A stretch of 64,000 nt of DNA. Source: Desulfobacterales bacterium. GTDB taxonomy: Bacteria > Desulfobacterota > Desulfobacteria > Desulfobacterales > JARGFK01. This document shows, one piece after another, positions 38,597-46,431 of the stretch. Every line of letters starts with the position of its first letter. Positions within the stretch are counted from its first letter, which is position 1. The notes under the pieces were generated by a model that saw nothing but the letters and a program-made list of their open reading frames with translations, was not told the DNA's origin and did not search any database. The stretch spans positions 29,111 through 93,110 of the forward strand of contig JARGFK010000003.1 in NCBI GenBank assembly GCA_029211065.1, given 5' to 3'. Made by a program: the position numbers and the translations under genes.

Positions 38597-38692
38597 ATGC
38601 CTAAAGTTTGAAATGCCTAAAATGCCTAAATGTCTGAAACATCTGGTTCTTTAACTTTAGGCAATTTAGGCATTTTAGTTCATTTTAGGCAT
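38597..38692. repeat. 9-nt-unit inverted array, element A, between the convergent cyclase and secretin genes
   Basis: ATGCCTAAA at 38597, 38613 and 38622, with degenerate ATGTCTGAA at 38630. Core catctggttctttaac. Inverted units TTTAGGCAA 38656, TTTAGGCAT 38665, degenerate 38674, TTTAGGCAT 38684. Confidence 0.9.
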
Positions 38693-38758
38693 TTTTATAT
38701 CGCAGGGAAAAGCCGTTTTTCTCAGACCTGCCCCCCGGCTGTGTGAAGCGTTTTAAAC

Positions 38759-40192
38759 CTATTGAGGTTGATAGCCCCCCTTCTGCCGCAAATCCTTTTC
38801 AGCCTCTTTTGCTTTCTCAATGGCTTCCTGGAACTGCGGGGCACTATCTTCCAAAACCTGGGGCGTGATTAATACGATCAGCTCGGATTTGTCAATGAGG
38901 TTGCCGGTCCGGCCGAAGAGCAAACGGATGCCGGGAATATCCCCCAGACAGGGAACGCCTGCCCATGTTTCGGTTTTAGTATCCTGAATAAGGCCGGCGA
39001 TAAAAACCGTTTCTCCGTTTTTGGCCATCATCCAAGTGGTGACTTTGGTGGATTTGGTCACAGGGATTCCCTGTTCAATCGTGGCGGAAGTCAGTTCCGG
39101 CTGGACCTTGAGCAGTATGTTGTTATGGATGTCGACATACGGGGTGATGTCAAGGATGGTACCTGTATCGATGAACTGGATGGTCTCGGTGGAGATCCCC
39201 TGATTTACCGTGGTCACGACATAACCCTGCTGACCGCCGACCATGACCTTGGCCGACTTGCTGTGAATCGCCAGTATTTTGGGGGTTGAAAGGGTTTTGA
39301 CGGTGGTCTTTTCCTGCAGCGCATCGATGGCGGCCGCAAATTGATGGGTGGTTCCGGCGCCGGTTATCATGTTGGCGAAGATACCATCTCCTATGAGCGG
39401 CACAGGGGAAACCGGTGCGGTGATGGGCAAGACCGCCCGGCTGAATCCGCCGGTTCCGATCCGAACATCTCCCAGCATTTTTTCCCAGTCGACCCCCAGG
39501 GACATGTCATCGGTTAATGTGATCTCTAATATCTTGGCCTCGATCAGCACCTGTTTTGGCCGGGCATCCCAGTATCGGATCAGCGTTTCTATTTTTTTTA
39601 TGTTTTCCGGGGTGTCTTCAACGATAACCGTTTTGGTGGGTTCATGGATTTTGATCATGCGGATATTGGGGATGGCGGTCAATACCTCCTGGATCTTGTC
39701 CATATCGGCATATTCAATTTTAAATATCTCCATCTTTAGTCGTGATGCCAACGGTTCCGGTTCAACCTTGGGTTTAAATACAAAATAAACATCCCCCTGT
39801 TTATAATAGCTGAACCCGCCGGCCCGGCAAATCGAATCCAGGGCCTTGTCGAGGGGAACCCGGTAGAGGTGCACGGATACTTCTCCGGAGACGTCTTTCG
39901 CCATTACAATATTGAGCTGCTGTTGCACGGCCAGGGCTGAAAGGATTTCGCGGACATCTCTTTTGTAGAAATTCAGGATTAACAGATTTTCGCCGGCGGA
40001 TGGATCAGGGGGCGACTGTTTCGGGTTGCTGGATTCCGGATCGGCCTGTGCGGGGACGCCCGGTGCGGCGGATTGGGCCATCAGCATTGCCGGAGAGGGA
40101 AACAGCAATAGTGTGAAAAATACAATCCACAGTAAGGTTGTCTTTAGCGCTAATCCGGATAAAACCTTTAAAACTTGCTTGTTGGCATTCAT
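38759..40192 (-). CDS. pilQ: Secretin (PilQ/GspD family)
   Basis: Signal peptide, N-domains and a C-terminal secretin domain (..VPCLGDIPGIRLLFG...ELIVLITPQV). Confidence 0.85.
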   Translation of the reverse strand: MNANKQVLKVLSGLALKTTLLWIVFFTLLLFPSPAMLMAQSAAPGVPAQADPESSNPKQSPPDPSAGENLLILNFYKRDVREILSALAVQQQLNIVMAKDVSGEVSVHLYRVPLDKALDSICRAGGFSYYKQGDVYFVFKPKVEPEPLASRLKMEIFKIEYADMDKIQEVLTAIPNIRMIKIHEPTKTVIVEDTPENIKKIETLIRYWDARPKQVLIEAKILEITLTDDMSLGVDWEKMLGDVRIGTGGFSRAVLPITAPVSPVPLIGDGIFANMITGAGTTHQFAAAIDALQEKTTVKTLSTPKILAIHSKSAKVMVGGQQGYVVTTVNQGISTETIQFIDTGTILDITPYVDIHNNILLKVQPELTSATIEQGIPVTKSTKVTTWMMAKNGETVFIAGLIQDTKTETWAGVPCLGDIPGIRLLFGRTGNLIDKSELIVLITPQVLEDSAPQFQEAIEKAKEAEKDLRQKGGYQPQ

Positions 40193-40255
40193 ATCCCTAT
40201 TTCTCCATACGAACGACGCCTGATTTTTAATTTAAAATTCCCCACAGCAGCCCAA

Positions 40256-40449
40256 CTTGTCTTCGACCCGGAGGCTCATGACCGAAGGGCTCGTCGACAA
40301 GTCTTGCTGAGGGGTAACCTCATATTCCCTCTCCCTGGGGAGAGGGTCAGGGTGAGGGGTAATATAAAATCAGCTTTTGTACCCTGCAGCAACGCGGCTT
40401 GTCTTCGACCCTGAGGCTCATGACCGAGGGGCTCGTCGACATGTCTTGC
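40256..40449. repeat. Two 52-bp direct repeats flanking a REP-like GC hairpin
   Basis: Copies at 40256-40307 and 40398-40449: CTTGTCTTCGACCC[G/T]GAGGCTCATGACCGA[A/G]GGGCTCGTCGACA[A/T]GTCTTGC, 3 mismatches. Between them lies CCCTCTCCctggGGAGAGGGTCAGGGTGAGGGG (40327-40359). Confidence 0.85.
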
Positions 40450-40460
40450 CGCAGGGAGAT

Positions 40461-41012
40461 TCATTTGGCCGCGCCGGATATAACCTGAAGCACCTTTCGG
40501 TGCTTTCCCGACTCTAAATACACAGCACTGGGGGTAATCCCGACCACCTGATAATCACCGACTTTTTCCCCCAGCCGCACAAATTTATCATTAATAATGG
40601 CCAGCGGTTCGTTGCCGCCGACGACGGTCCCTTTGAGCTCCACATTGAGAGGCGGCGCCGGCGGCGCAACGACCGGTGCTTTTTCCATCGGTTTCGAAAG
40701 GACTTGGGGTTTCGGTTGAACCACCGGCTTTGGTTTCGGGGGCATCCGCAGCGGAGCGAAAATATCCCTGATATCCATTCTCAAAGGTTCCGTCAAGGCC
40801 GGCCGGGATACCCGCGGCCGTTGCGATTGGGCTGTTTTGGCTGGATCAAGATCGAACTGTGTCTGGGGGGAAGGGGTGCCGGCAACTGTAGCAGGGGTGA
40901 CCGGTTCAGTCCTTTTATGTATAAAGCGAAAATAGGCGACAACGGCCGCTACCAGCGCCAGCGCGATCACAAGGTAGAGCTTGATTTTCTCGCTATTCAC
41001 GGTCGGTATCAA
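40461..41012 (-). CDS. PilP/GspC-like pilus assembly protein (TM, Pro-rich linker, C-terminal beta domain)
   Basis: TTG start with GGAAGGAG 9 nt upstream. N-terminal TM, PPKPKPVVQPKP linker, C-terminal ELKGTVVGG..LAIINDKFVRLGEKVGDYQVVGI. Position is between the pilO-like gene and the secretin gene. Confidence 0.5.
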   Translation of the reverse strand: MIPTVNSEKIKLYLVIALALVAAVVAYFRFIHKRTEPVTPATVAGTPSPQTQFDLDPAKTAQSQRPRVSRPALTEPLRMDIRDIFAPLRMPPKPKPVVQPKPQVLSKPMEKAPVVAPPAPPLNVELKGTVVGGNEPLAIINDKFVRLGEKVGDYQVVGITPSAVYLESGKHRKVLQVISGAAK

Positions 41013-41057
41013 CCTGAAGTGCTCCTTCCCACCCCATTAGCGGCGGAATCATTAAAA

Positions 41058-41117
41058 ATGCCTAAAGTTTGAACTGCCTAAAATTAATAAAATATATGGT
41101 TCTTTCATTTTAGGCAT
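41058..41117. repeat. 9-nt-unit inverted array, element B (shortest)
   Basis: ATGCCTAAA 41058, CTGCCTAAA 41074, core ..tatggttctttca.., TTTAGGCAT 41109. Confidence 0.85.
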
Positions 41118-41132
41118 TCCCGGGTCATCCCC

Positions 41133-41675
41133 TCAGATCGCCTTGGGACGTTCGAAAACAGTAGTCGTTAATTCAACCTGGCACTGATCCGAAATTTCCT
41201 CTCTGGTGATGGTTAAAGTTTCCATGACCATGATACGATTCATTCCTTCAAGATTACGGATCAAATGAAGACTGTTGACAAAGCTTCCCTTGAACAAGAG
41301 TTTAATGGGATTTCTAAGATATATTTTATCCTGGCTGACGGGTAAGGGTTCTATGCTGATCAGGGTGATTTCATGCCGCTTCATCAAGGCATCGATCTGT
41401 TGTAATAACAATCCGATCTTACCGGTCTCCGGAATCCGTTCGTTTAAATCACTCAGTTCTTTTTTGATATCTGTCAGGTTAACCTGAAGCGTCTCCAGGT
41501 TTGTTGCCGCCAGGTTGATTTCCTTCATCTTATTTAAAAGTACGTTTCTTTCAGTTTCAAAAAAACGCTTTTTATTTGTGACATGGCGCACGGCCACAAA
41601 GCCGCATACCAGCGAAACGATAACGACGGTGATAAGGCATGCCCGGTCCAACTGTTTAATGCTTATGGTTATCAT
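41133..41675 (-). CDS. pilO: PilO-like pilus assembly protein
   Basis: N-terminal TM, coiled coil and a C-terminal ferredoxin-like part. Sits downstream of the pilN-like gene in pilMNOPQ order. Confidence 0.55.
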   Translation of the reverse strand: MITISIKQLDRACLITVVIVSLVCGFVAVRHVTNKKRFFETERNVLLNKMKEINLAATNLETLQVNLTDIKKELSDLNERIPETGKIGLLLQQIDALMKRHEITLISIEPLPVSQDKIYLRNPIKLLFKGSFVNSLHLIRNLEGMNRIMVMETLTITREEISDQCQVELTTTVFERPKAI

Positions 41676-41682
41676 GTATAGA

Positions 41683-41815
41683 ATGCCTAAAATTGAAACT
41701 GCCTAAAATGCCTAAAATTTGGAATGCCTAAAATGCCTAAGCTACAATTTGTTGTGTCCGAAATATGAGTTTCTTTAATTTTAGGCAATTTAGACATTTT
41801 AAACAATTTATGAAT
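41683..41815. repeat. 9-nt-unit inverted array, element C
   Basis: Forward units at 41683, 41699 (CTG..), 41708, 41724 and 41733 (..AAG). Core ctacaatttgttgtgtccgaaatatgagtttctttaat. Inverted units at 41780 and 41789, then two degenerate 9-mers. The core is roughly 85% identical by eye to element G. Confidence 0.9.
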
Positions 41816-41851
41816 TTTAACTATCACCCGCTGCGTTAACTCGCCCTCATA

Positions 41852-42451
41852 TCAATTGCTTTTAAACCTTGGGGTGTCACAATCAATCTGAAACTGAATA
41901 ACTTTTAACTTTGATTCCGAATCTCGGGGTGACTGAATATTCTGGGCTTCCCTGGCATATCTGAGCACCACGTTATGGAACAGCGGGGCCTCTGAGAGCC
42001 GGTTTAAAAAATTTCCGACATGGTCGTTAGACAGGGAATACCCGTAAAGTTGTAAGGCGGCGGCGACAGATTCATTTTCAGGGCTGCTGTGAATGGTCAG
42101 CCTTGTGAGCCAGGTCTGGGCATTGATAATATCCGACAATTTCAGGAGCACCTCTGAAAACGGCTGATTTGTGTTGAGCGTTCTCAGGAAAGCATCCTGC
42201 CGGCTCAACTGTTCAATTTCCTGCTGGGAAATCTTGATTTCGGCGATGGTTGCGCCCAACTGGATATGCATGTCCTCGAGGGTTGTCTTCGGACGGTTTT
42301 TCAGCAGCACCGCATGGAGTTGGTATTGATAAAATCCGAAAATCAGGCCCAGGGTAAGCACCAGAGAACCGGCCCATAAAAATAGGTGACGGGCGACATG
42401 TTTTTTGTAAAGCATTTCCGCTGGAATTAAATTGACTTCTCTTAAAGCCAT
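41852..42451 (-). CDS. pilN: PilN-like (fimbrial assembly) protein
   Basis: MALREVNLIPAEML..., a single TM and a coiled coil. Overlaps the pilM-like gene by 10 nt. Confidence 0.65.
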   Translation of the reverse strand: MALREVNLIPAEMLYKKHVARHLFLWAGSLVLTLGLIFGFYQYQLHAVLLKNRPKTTLEDMHIQLGATIAEIKISQQEIEQLSRQDAFLRTLNTNQPFSEVLLKLSDIINAQTWLTRLTIHSSPENESVAAALQLYGYSLSNDHVGNFLNRLSEAPLFHNVVLRYAREAQNIQSPRDSESKLKVIQFQIDCDTPRFKSN

Positions 42452-43575
42452 GTCACTTTCCGCAATGCGAGTCCGAGAGCCAGAGAAAAGGATGCACCCC
42501 TGTCCGTATCCGGGAGCTGTCTACCGTCCGCCATGTTCAGTTTTAGTATCGGGTTTATCGATTCCGTCGGAATACCGAGGTGAGCTTCCAGGTACCGGTC
42601 CAGTGCCCCCACCGAATTTACCTGACCGTACAAAAAGATTTTTTCAAAGCGGATGCCCGATTGATTCGATCGGGCATAACCGAAAATCTGGTAAAGTTCA
42701 TGAACCAGCACATCCACATACGGCGACAGAATCTGGAAAAGCGTCCGGTAAATTTCGATGCCGTCTCCCGACCTTCCATTTTTGCCGTTTCCCGAATCGA
42801 CAGGTTGCTGAATGTGATCGTCATACCTGAGGCCATACATTGCAAGCATCTCGGCTGACTGATGGCTGTCACTGGGGAGTTCAAGGTTGGTCTCCAGTCG
42901 ATTGAAAAGCCCCTGTATGCCCCAAGTCGTCGTTCGTCTCGCCAGGATGCTGTCTTTGGTAACGATGGCGATCAGGGTCTGGCGCTGCCCGATATTGCAT
43001 AAAACAACCGGTTCATCGCCCAGGGGATATAGATAATGGTGCAGCCGCAGAAGGGATGACAGGTCAAAATCGATCGTTTCGGCCGAAAGGCCGGCCCGTT
43101 TCAGCAGCCGGACATGGCGATCAATCTGGTCGCGGTGGGCAGAGATAATATAGGCTTTAAACCTTTGCTTTTCCTCGGAGGGAACTTCGATCAGGCTGGA
43201 ATAATCGATGATAGCATTTTCAAGAGAAAAAGAGAGATGCTTACGACACTCCCGGGCAATCGCCATGTCGATGGTTTCCCCGGCATCGATCCTGAAAGAT
43301 ATCGGAAAACAATTCAAATGTCTGGCGGGAAGATGGATGGCCGCCCGTTTGCCGCGAAACCGTTTGTTTTTAGCGGCTGCTTTTAAAGCGGAAATGAGGG
43401 TGACCTCCCATTCCGGACTGTCCGTCTGCTGTTCGTTCAATTTCCAATAAAATAAGTCGCGTACCGCCGGCCCCTGCCGGGTTTGTTGGAATTGGGCGGC
43501 ATAGACATGCCGATCGTCGATGTCAATGCCGATGGGGTATGTTTCGTTATGTCCAAGCATGATGTTACTGTCCAA
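42442..43575 (-). CDS. pilM: PilM-like actin-fold pilus assembly protein
   Basis: IGIDIDDRHVYAAQF..., ~370 aa, directly upstream of the pilN-like gene. Confidence 0.7.
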   Translation of the reverse strand: MDSNIMLGHNETYPIGIDIDDRHVYAAQFQQTRQGPAVRDLFYWKLNEQQTDSPEWEVTLISALKAAAKNKRFRGKRAAIHLPARHLNCFPISFRIDAGETIDMAIARECRKHLSFSLENAIIDYSSLIEVPSEEKQRFKAYIISAHRDQIDRHVRLLKRAGLSAETIDFDLSSLLRLHHYLYPLGDEPVVLCNIGQRQTLIAIVTKDSILARRTTTWGIQGLFNRLETNLELPSDSHQSAEMLAMYGLRYDDHIQQPVDSGNGKNGRSGDGIEIYRTLFQILSPYVDVLVHELYQIFGYARSNQSGIRFEKIFLYGQVNSVGALDRYLEAHLGIPTESINPILKLNMADGRQLPDTDRGASFSLALGLALRKVTWL

Positions 43576-43666
43576 ATTGATCTAAAACAGTTGAAATGTC
43601 AATTCCTTTGTATGTGTCTTTCACACCGAGTTCGGCAAACGGGCTTCCCTTTCTGCTCTATTATTG

Positions 43667-45073
43667 TTATTTTCTGGCCCAGGCCAAAGACTCATAAGAA
43701 ATATTAAGCTTGTTGACCTCATCATCTTTGCCCAACTGATATCCATCGTCCAGCAGCAGTTGAATGTGGTTGGTTGTGTTCACTTTACTGCTAAAATACA
43801 TGGATTCATCCGCATTTTTGTCGATGGAAGCGGTGCGGTGAATCATGAATCTACCTGCCGATACGGCTCGAACAATGACATATTCGGGCTTGAATCCCAA
43901 ACCGGTCACATTGCGGTTGTCCTGACCGTCGCCCCCATGTCCGCCGAACTGCTGCTGGCCGGCGATGTTGGGCCAGCACACATAGTGGTAGATCACCCCG
44001 TTTTTGTTTACGCGATCATCGCTGCCCAACCGGAAGCCGTCAAACGGAACCGGCGTCGTCAGGCAGTTGCCCTGTCCCTGGCCGTTGCCAAAGTTAAACG
44101 AGAGGTCGGAATAATTGGACCGGTGCATGACCTCGTGATTCTCCTCAGACAGGACGATGATCAGCTCGGGCTGAAATCCGCCCAGCCCGCTGATGACCCG
44201 GCCGCCGGCGCCGTCACCCGTGTAGGTCCCCACTTTCATTTCTCCGGCAACGGCCCTGAATGCCGCCCAGTAATAAATTGTGCCGCCTTTGTTGACCCGC
44301 CAACCGTTTCCCACCGTAAAGCCTGTGGCATCCAGAGACTGTATCAAATTGCTCAAAATCCCAACGGATCCCACCATGGGTTTGGCGCTCTCGCCGCTCA
44401 TGGTCGCAGTGCGGATGATCCCTTCTGTCCCGTAATCCGCCGCCTTGATAATGACCACATCCGGCTGAAAGCCTACGTTCGTGATGGGGCGGTTGTCCGT
44501 TCCATCGCCCATATAAGCCCCTGTGATCATTTGTTGCGGCCCCGATTTTATGTACATCACATAACTTTGGTGCACCACATTGTCGCCCACAACTCCCACG
44601 GTGGCTACAGCGGCAAAGGTGGTATTCGTGTGCACCCTGACCTTGTAGCCGTAACGGCCTCCGCCCAGATCATGCATGTAATAGACGGTCGGGTCGGCCA
44701 GCGAACCCGGGTCGTTGAGCAGCCGCCACAGGGCATGGTCGGCCGCGGCTTCGGCCAGATAATCGGCCTGCATGCCGCTCAGCCGGTTGGCCGTCGCCTT
44801 TGTCAGGGTGCCGGCCTTGAAGAGAAACGCCATGGCCAGGGTGGACATAATTGCCAGGAGTACGAGGATGGCGACGTAGGCGAGGCCGGATTGGGGGAAG
44901 TGCCTGGAAAAGAAATGCCTAAAATGCCTAAAATGAGCTAAATTGCCTACACGGAATGAAATGCCTAAATTGCCAAAAATGCCAAAAATGCCTAAAATTG
45001 CAGATCGTAGACAATTTGCCGTTTGCTTGAAAAATGTAAGTTCATTTGAGTTCATTTTTGGCATCTTTAGCAT
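43667..45073 (-). CDS. PilX/GspK-like pseudopilin: N-terminal hydrophobic helix plus three ~95-aa tandem repeats. The first ~60 codons of the ORF are encoded by repeat element D.
   Basis: QSGLAYVAILVLLAIMSTLAMAFL...QADYLAEAAADHALWRLL is PilX_N/GspK-like. Repeats lie at about aa 183-277, 278-372 and 373-468, with signature G.Y.GDG...R.[IV]..[LV]GF[QK]P[DE]..I[IV]. The only in-frame ATG/GTG/TTG upstream of the helix are at 45073, 45064 and 45055, inside element D. Confidence 0.65.
   Translation of the reverse strand: MLKMPKMNSNELTFFKQTANCLRSAILGIFGIFGNLGISFRVGNLAHFRHFRHFFSRHFPQSGLAYVAILVLLAIMSTLAMAFLFKAGTLTKATANRLSGMQADYLAEAAADHALWRLLNDPGSLADPTVYYMHDLGGGRYGYKVRVHTNTTFAAVATVGVVGDNVVHQSYVMYIKSGPQQMITGAYMGDGTDNRPITNVGFQPDVVIIKAADYGTEGIIRTATMSGESAKPMVGSVGILSNLIQSLDATGFTVGNGWRVNKGGTIYYWAAFRAVAGEMKVGTYTGDGAGGRVISGLGGFQPELIIVLSEENHEVMHRSNYSDLSFNFGNGQGQGNCLTTPVPFDGFRLGSDDRVNKNGVIYHYVCWPNIAGQQQFGGHGGDGQDNRNVTGLGFKPEYVIVRAVSAGRFMIHRTASIDKNADESMYFSSKVNTTNHIQLLLDDGYQLGKDDEVNKLNISYESLAWARK
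44915..45073. repeat. 9-nt-unit array, element D, containing a plus-strand remnant of a four-helix-bundle gene 5' end
   Basis: Units at 44915, 44924, 44933 (deg.), 44942 (deg.), 44961, 44970 (deg.), 44979 (deg.) and 44988. Then ATT GCA GAT CGT AGA CAA TTT GCC (I A D R R Q F A), compared with I V E R K Q F A in the intact gene. Inverted units TTTTGGCAT 45056 and CTTTAGCAT 45065. Confidence 0.9.
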
Positions 45074-45107
45074 TACTCATTTCCCTTTTCAGCCATTTTG
45101 GATCGGG

Positions 45108-45482
45108 TCATTTTCTTCTTCCGATGGAAGTAAAAATAGCAAGCAATTCGCTGCATTCTTCATACAGGGGTTTCACCTTTTCCCATGCCATCCATCCGGC
45201 TTCAACGATGACTTCCAGCCAATACTGAGTTTCGCTGGCTTCACTTTCGCAAATTTTTATTTTGTTTTTAAAATCAGCCCGGCTCCTTGACCGGTTGGCC
45301 TCACGGTAGTTTGCGCCGATGGAGGTTCCGGATTTGGCAATCTGGGTTCGAATCACCGTGCACTCAGGCGTATTGTACAGTGTGGATGATAAACGGATTA
45401 TTTGCACGGCAAATATGCGCGTGCGCTTCTCAAGGTCTTTGGCAAATTGCTTTCGCTCAACAATTTTAGGCATTTCAGGCAT
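45108..45482 (-). CDS. Four-helix-bundle protein (23S rRNA intervening-sequence protein / Avd family, PF05635-like)
   Basis: 124 aa. ...FAVQIIRLSSTL......IAKSGTSIGANYREANRSRSRADFKNKIKICESEASETQYWLEV... is the family core (GANI.EA, F..K..I...E..ET.YWL). The first codons, ATG CCT GAA ATG CCT AAA, are repeat units. Confidence 0.85.
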   Translation of the reverse strand: MPEMPKIVERKQFAKDLEKRTRIFAVQIIRLSSTLYNTPECTVIRTQIAKSGTSIGANYREANRSRSRADFKNKIKICESEASETQYWLEVIVEAGWMAWEKVKPLYEECSELLAIFTSIGRRK

Positions 45483-45535
45483 TTTAGGTCTTTCACACCA
45501 TTTTAGTCATTTTTAATTTTAGGCACTTTAGGCAT
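45465..45535. repeat. 9-nt-unit array, element E. All units are in TTTAGGCAT orientation and overlap the start of the four-helix-bundle gene.
   Basis: TTTAGGCAT 45465, TTCAGGCAT 45474, TTTAGGTCT 45483, degenerate units 45492-45517, TTTAGGCAC 45518, TTTAGGCAT 45527. Confidence 0.9.
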
Positions 45536-45540
45536 TTTCT

Positions 45541-46431
45541 TTACCTCACCCTCTTGCCGGTTTTCTGAAAGACGTTTCTGGGGCAGACATATTCTGTAAA
45601 CGTAGCGCTTTCTCCGTTATCGCCAGTAAGAGATAGGGTAATGCGTATCCGTTCCGGGGCTTCGAAAAAGGCCTCGAAGTTGGTCACGTGATCCGACAAG
45701 ACCACCTTGGGTGCAGAACCCAATATGCCTGTGACAGGGTCGGAATGTATTTCAGTAAGGGTTTTAGCAGCAGAATTATACAAATACACTGCGAAAAGAA
45801 CCACCTCCTCGTTTTTAAGCCCGTCCTCATCATCATCACTATCCTCACCTACTCCTTCGTCCACCTGTCCATCACCATCATCATCTATACCCTTAATACC
45901 GTAGGCACCGTCCTGGTTCATATCTTTCGTCACGTTCTCGTCGATATTCCCGTCCAAATCATTGTCTAACCCATCAAACTTGTCTTCACCAGTGAGTCCA
46001 TCTTCATCATCATCAGATTGTTGTCCTTCATCAAACAGCTCATCACCGTCTTCATCGACGCCCCGGATGCCGTAGCCGCCCGATGAAAAATAATCATGCG
46101 TATCTTCATCGATGCGTGGAAATAAAGGGTTCCCCCACGCCCCGAAGTAGAAGTCACCGTCGGTGTTGACCAAACGGGAAAATGCCAGGATGTCTCGCGA
46201 GGGTTTGCGGTTGTTGGGAACCGTAAGGAAGGTTGTTTTTTTAGCTCCAGCGGTCATGCGTTCAATGGCCAGCAGGCCTTCCTGATAAAGCCGGGAGCGG
46301 GCGATGCCGCTGCGGTGGGCATCCAGGCTGCTGGAAAGAAGGGGGGTGGCCACCGCGGCAATGATCAGCAAAATGGTGACGGTAATCAGCAACTCCATCA
46401 GGGTCAGGCCGTTTTCACCGCATTTCCTCAT
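45541..46431 (-). CDS. Prepilin-type minor pilin/pseudopilin with a large acidic, Ca-binding-like insertion
   Basis: N-terminal GLTLMELLITVTILLIIAAV (prepilin cleavage/methylation type). Residues about 106-208 are Asp/Glu-rich, with duplicated YGI[RK]G[VI]D[ED]DGD...DEG...SDDDEDGL. Confidence 0.7.
   Translation of the reverse strand: MRKCGENGLTLMELLITVTILLIIAAVATPLLSSSLDAHRSGIARSRLYQEGLLAIERMTAGAKKTTFLTVPNNRKPSRDILAFSRLVNTDGDFYFGAWGNPLFPRIDEDTHDYFSSGGYGIRGVDEDGDELFDEGQQSDDDEDGLTGEDKFDGLDNDLDGNIDENVTKDMNQDGAYGIKGIDDDGDGQVDEGVGEDSDDDEDGLKNEEVVLFAVYLYNSAAKTLTEIHSDPVTGILGSAPKVVLSDHVTNFEAFFEAPERIRITLSLTGDNGESATFTEYVCPRNVFQKTGKRVR

Noticed and set aside
43664-44941. 425-aa plus-strand ORF
   Set aside because: It is antisense to the PilX-like repeat protein. 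Its composition is Arg/His/Gly/Ala/Val-rich and typical of a shadow frame. It has no internal logic, whereas the minus frame has a TM helix and three coherent repeats and fits the operon orientation.
45108-45482. Diversity-generating retroelement, since the four-helix-bundle protein is Avd-like
   Set aside because: No reverse transcriptase gene is present and I found no template/variable repeat pair. The adjacent three-repeat protein shows protein-level repeats only, not an A-mutagenised nucleotide copy.
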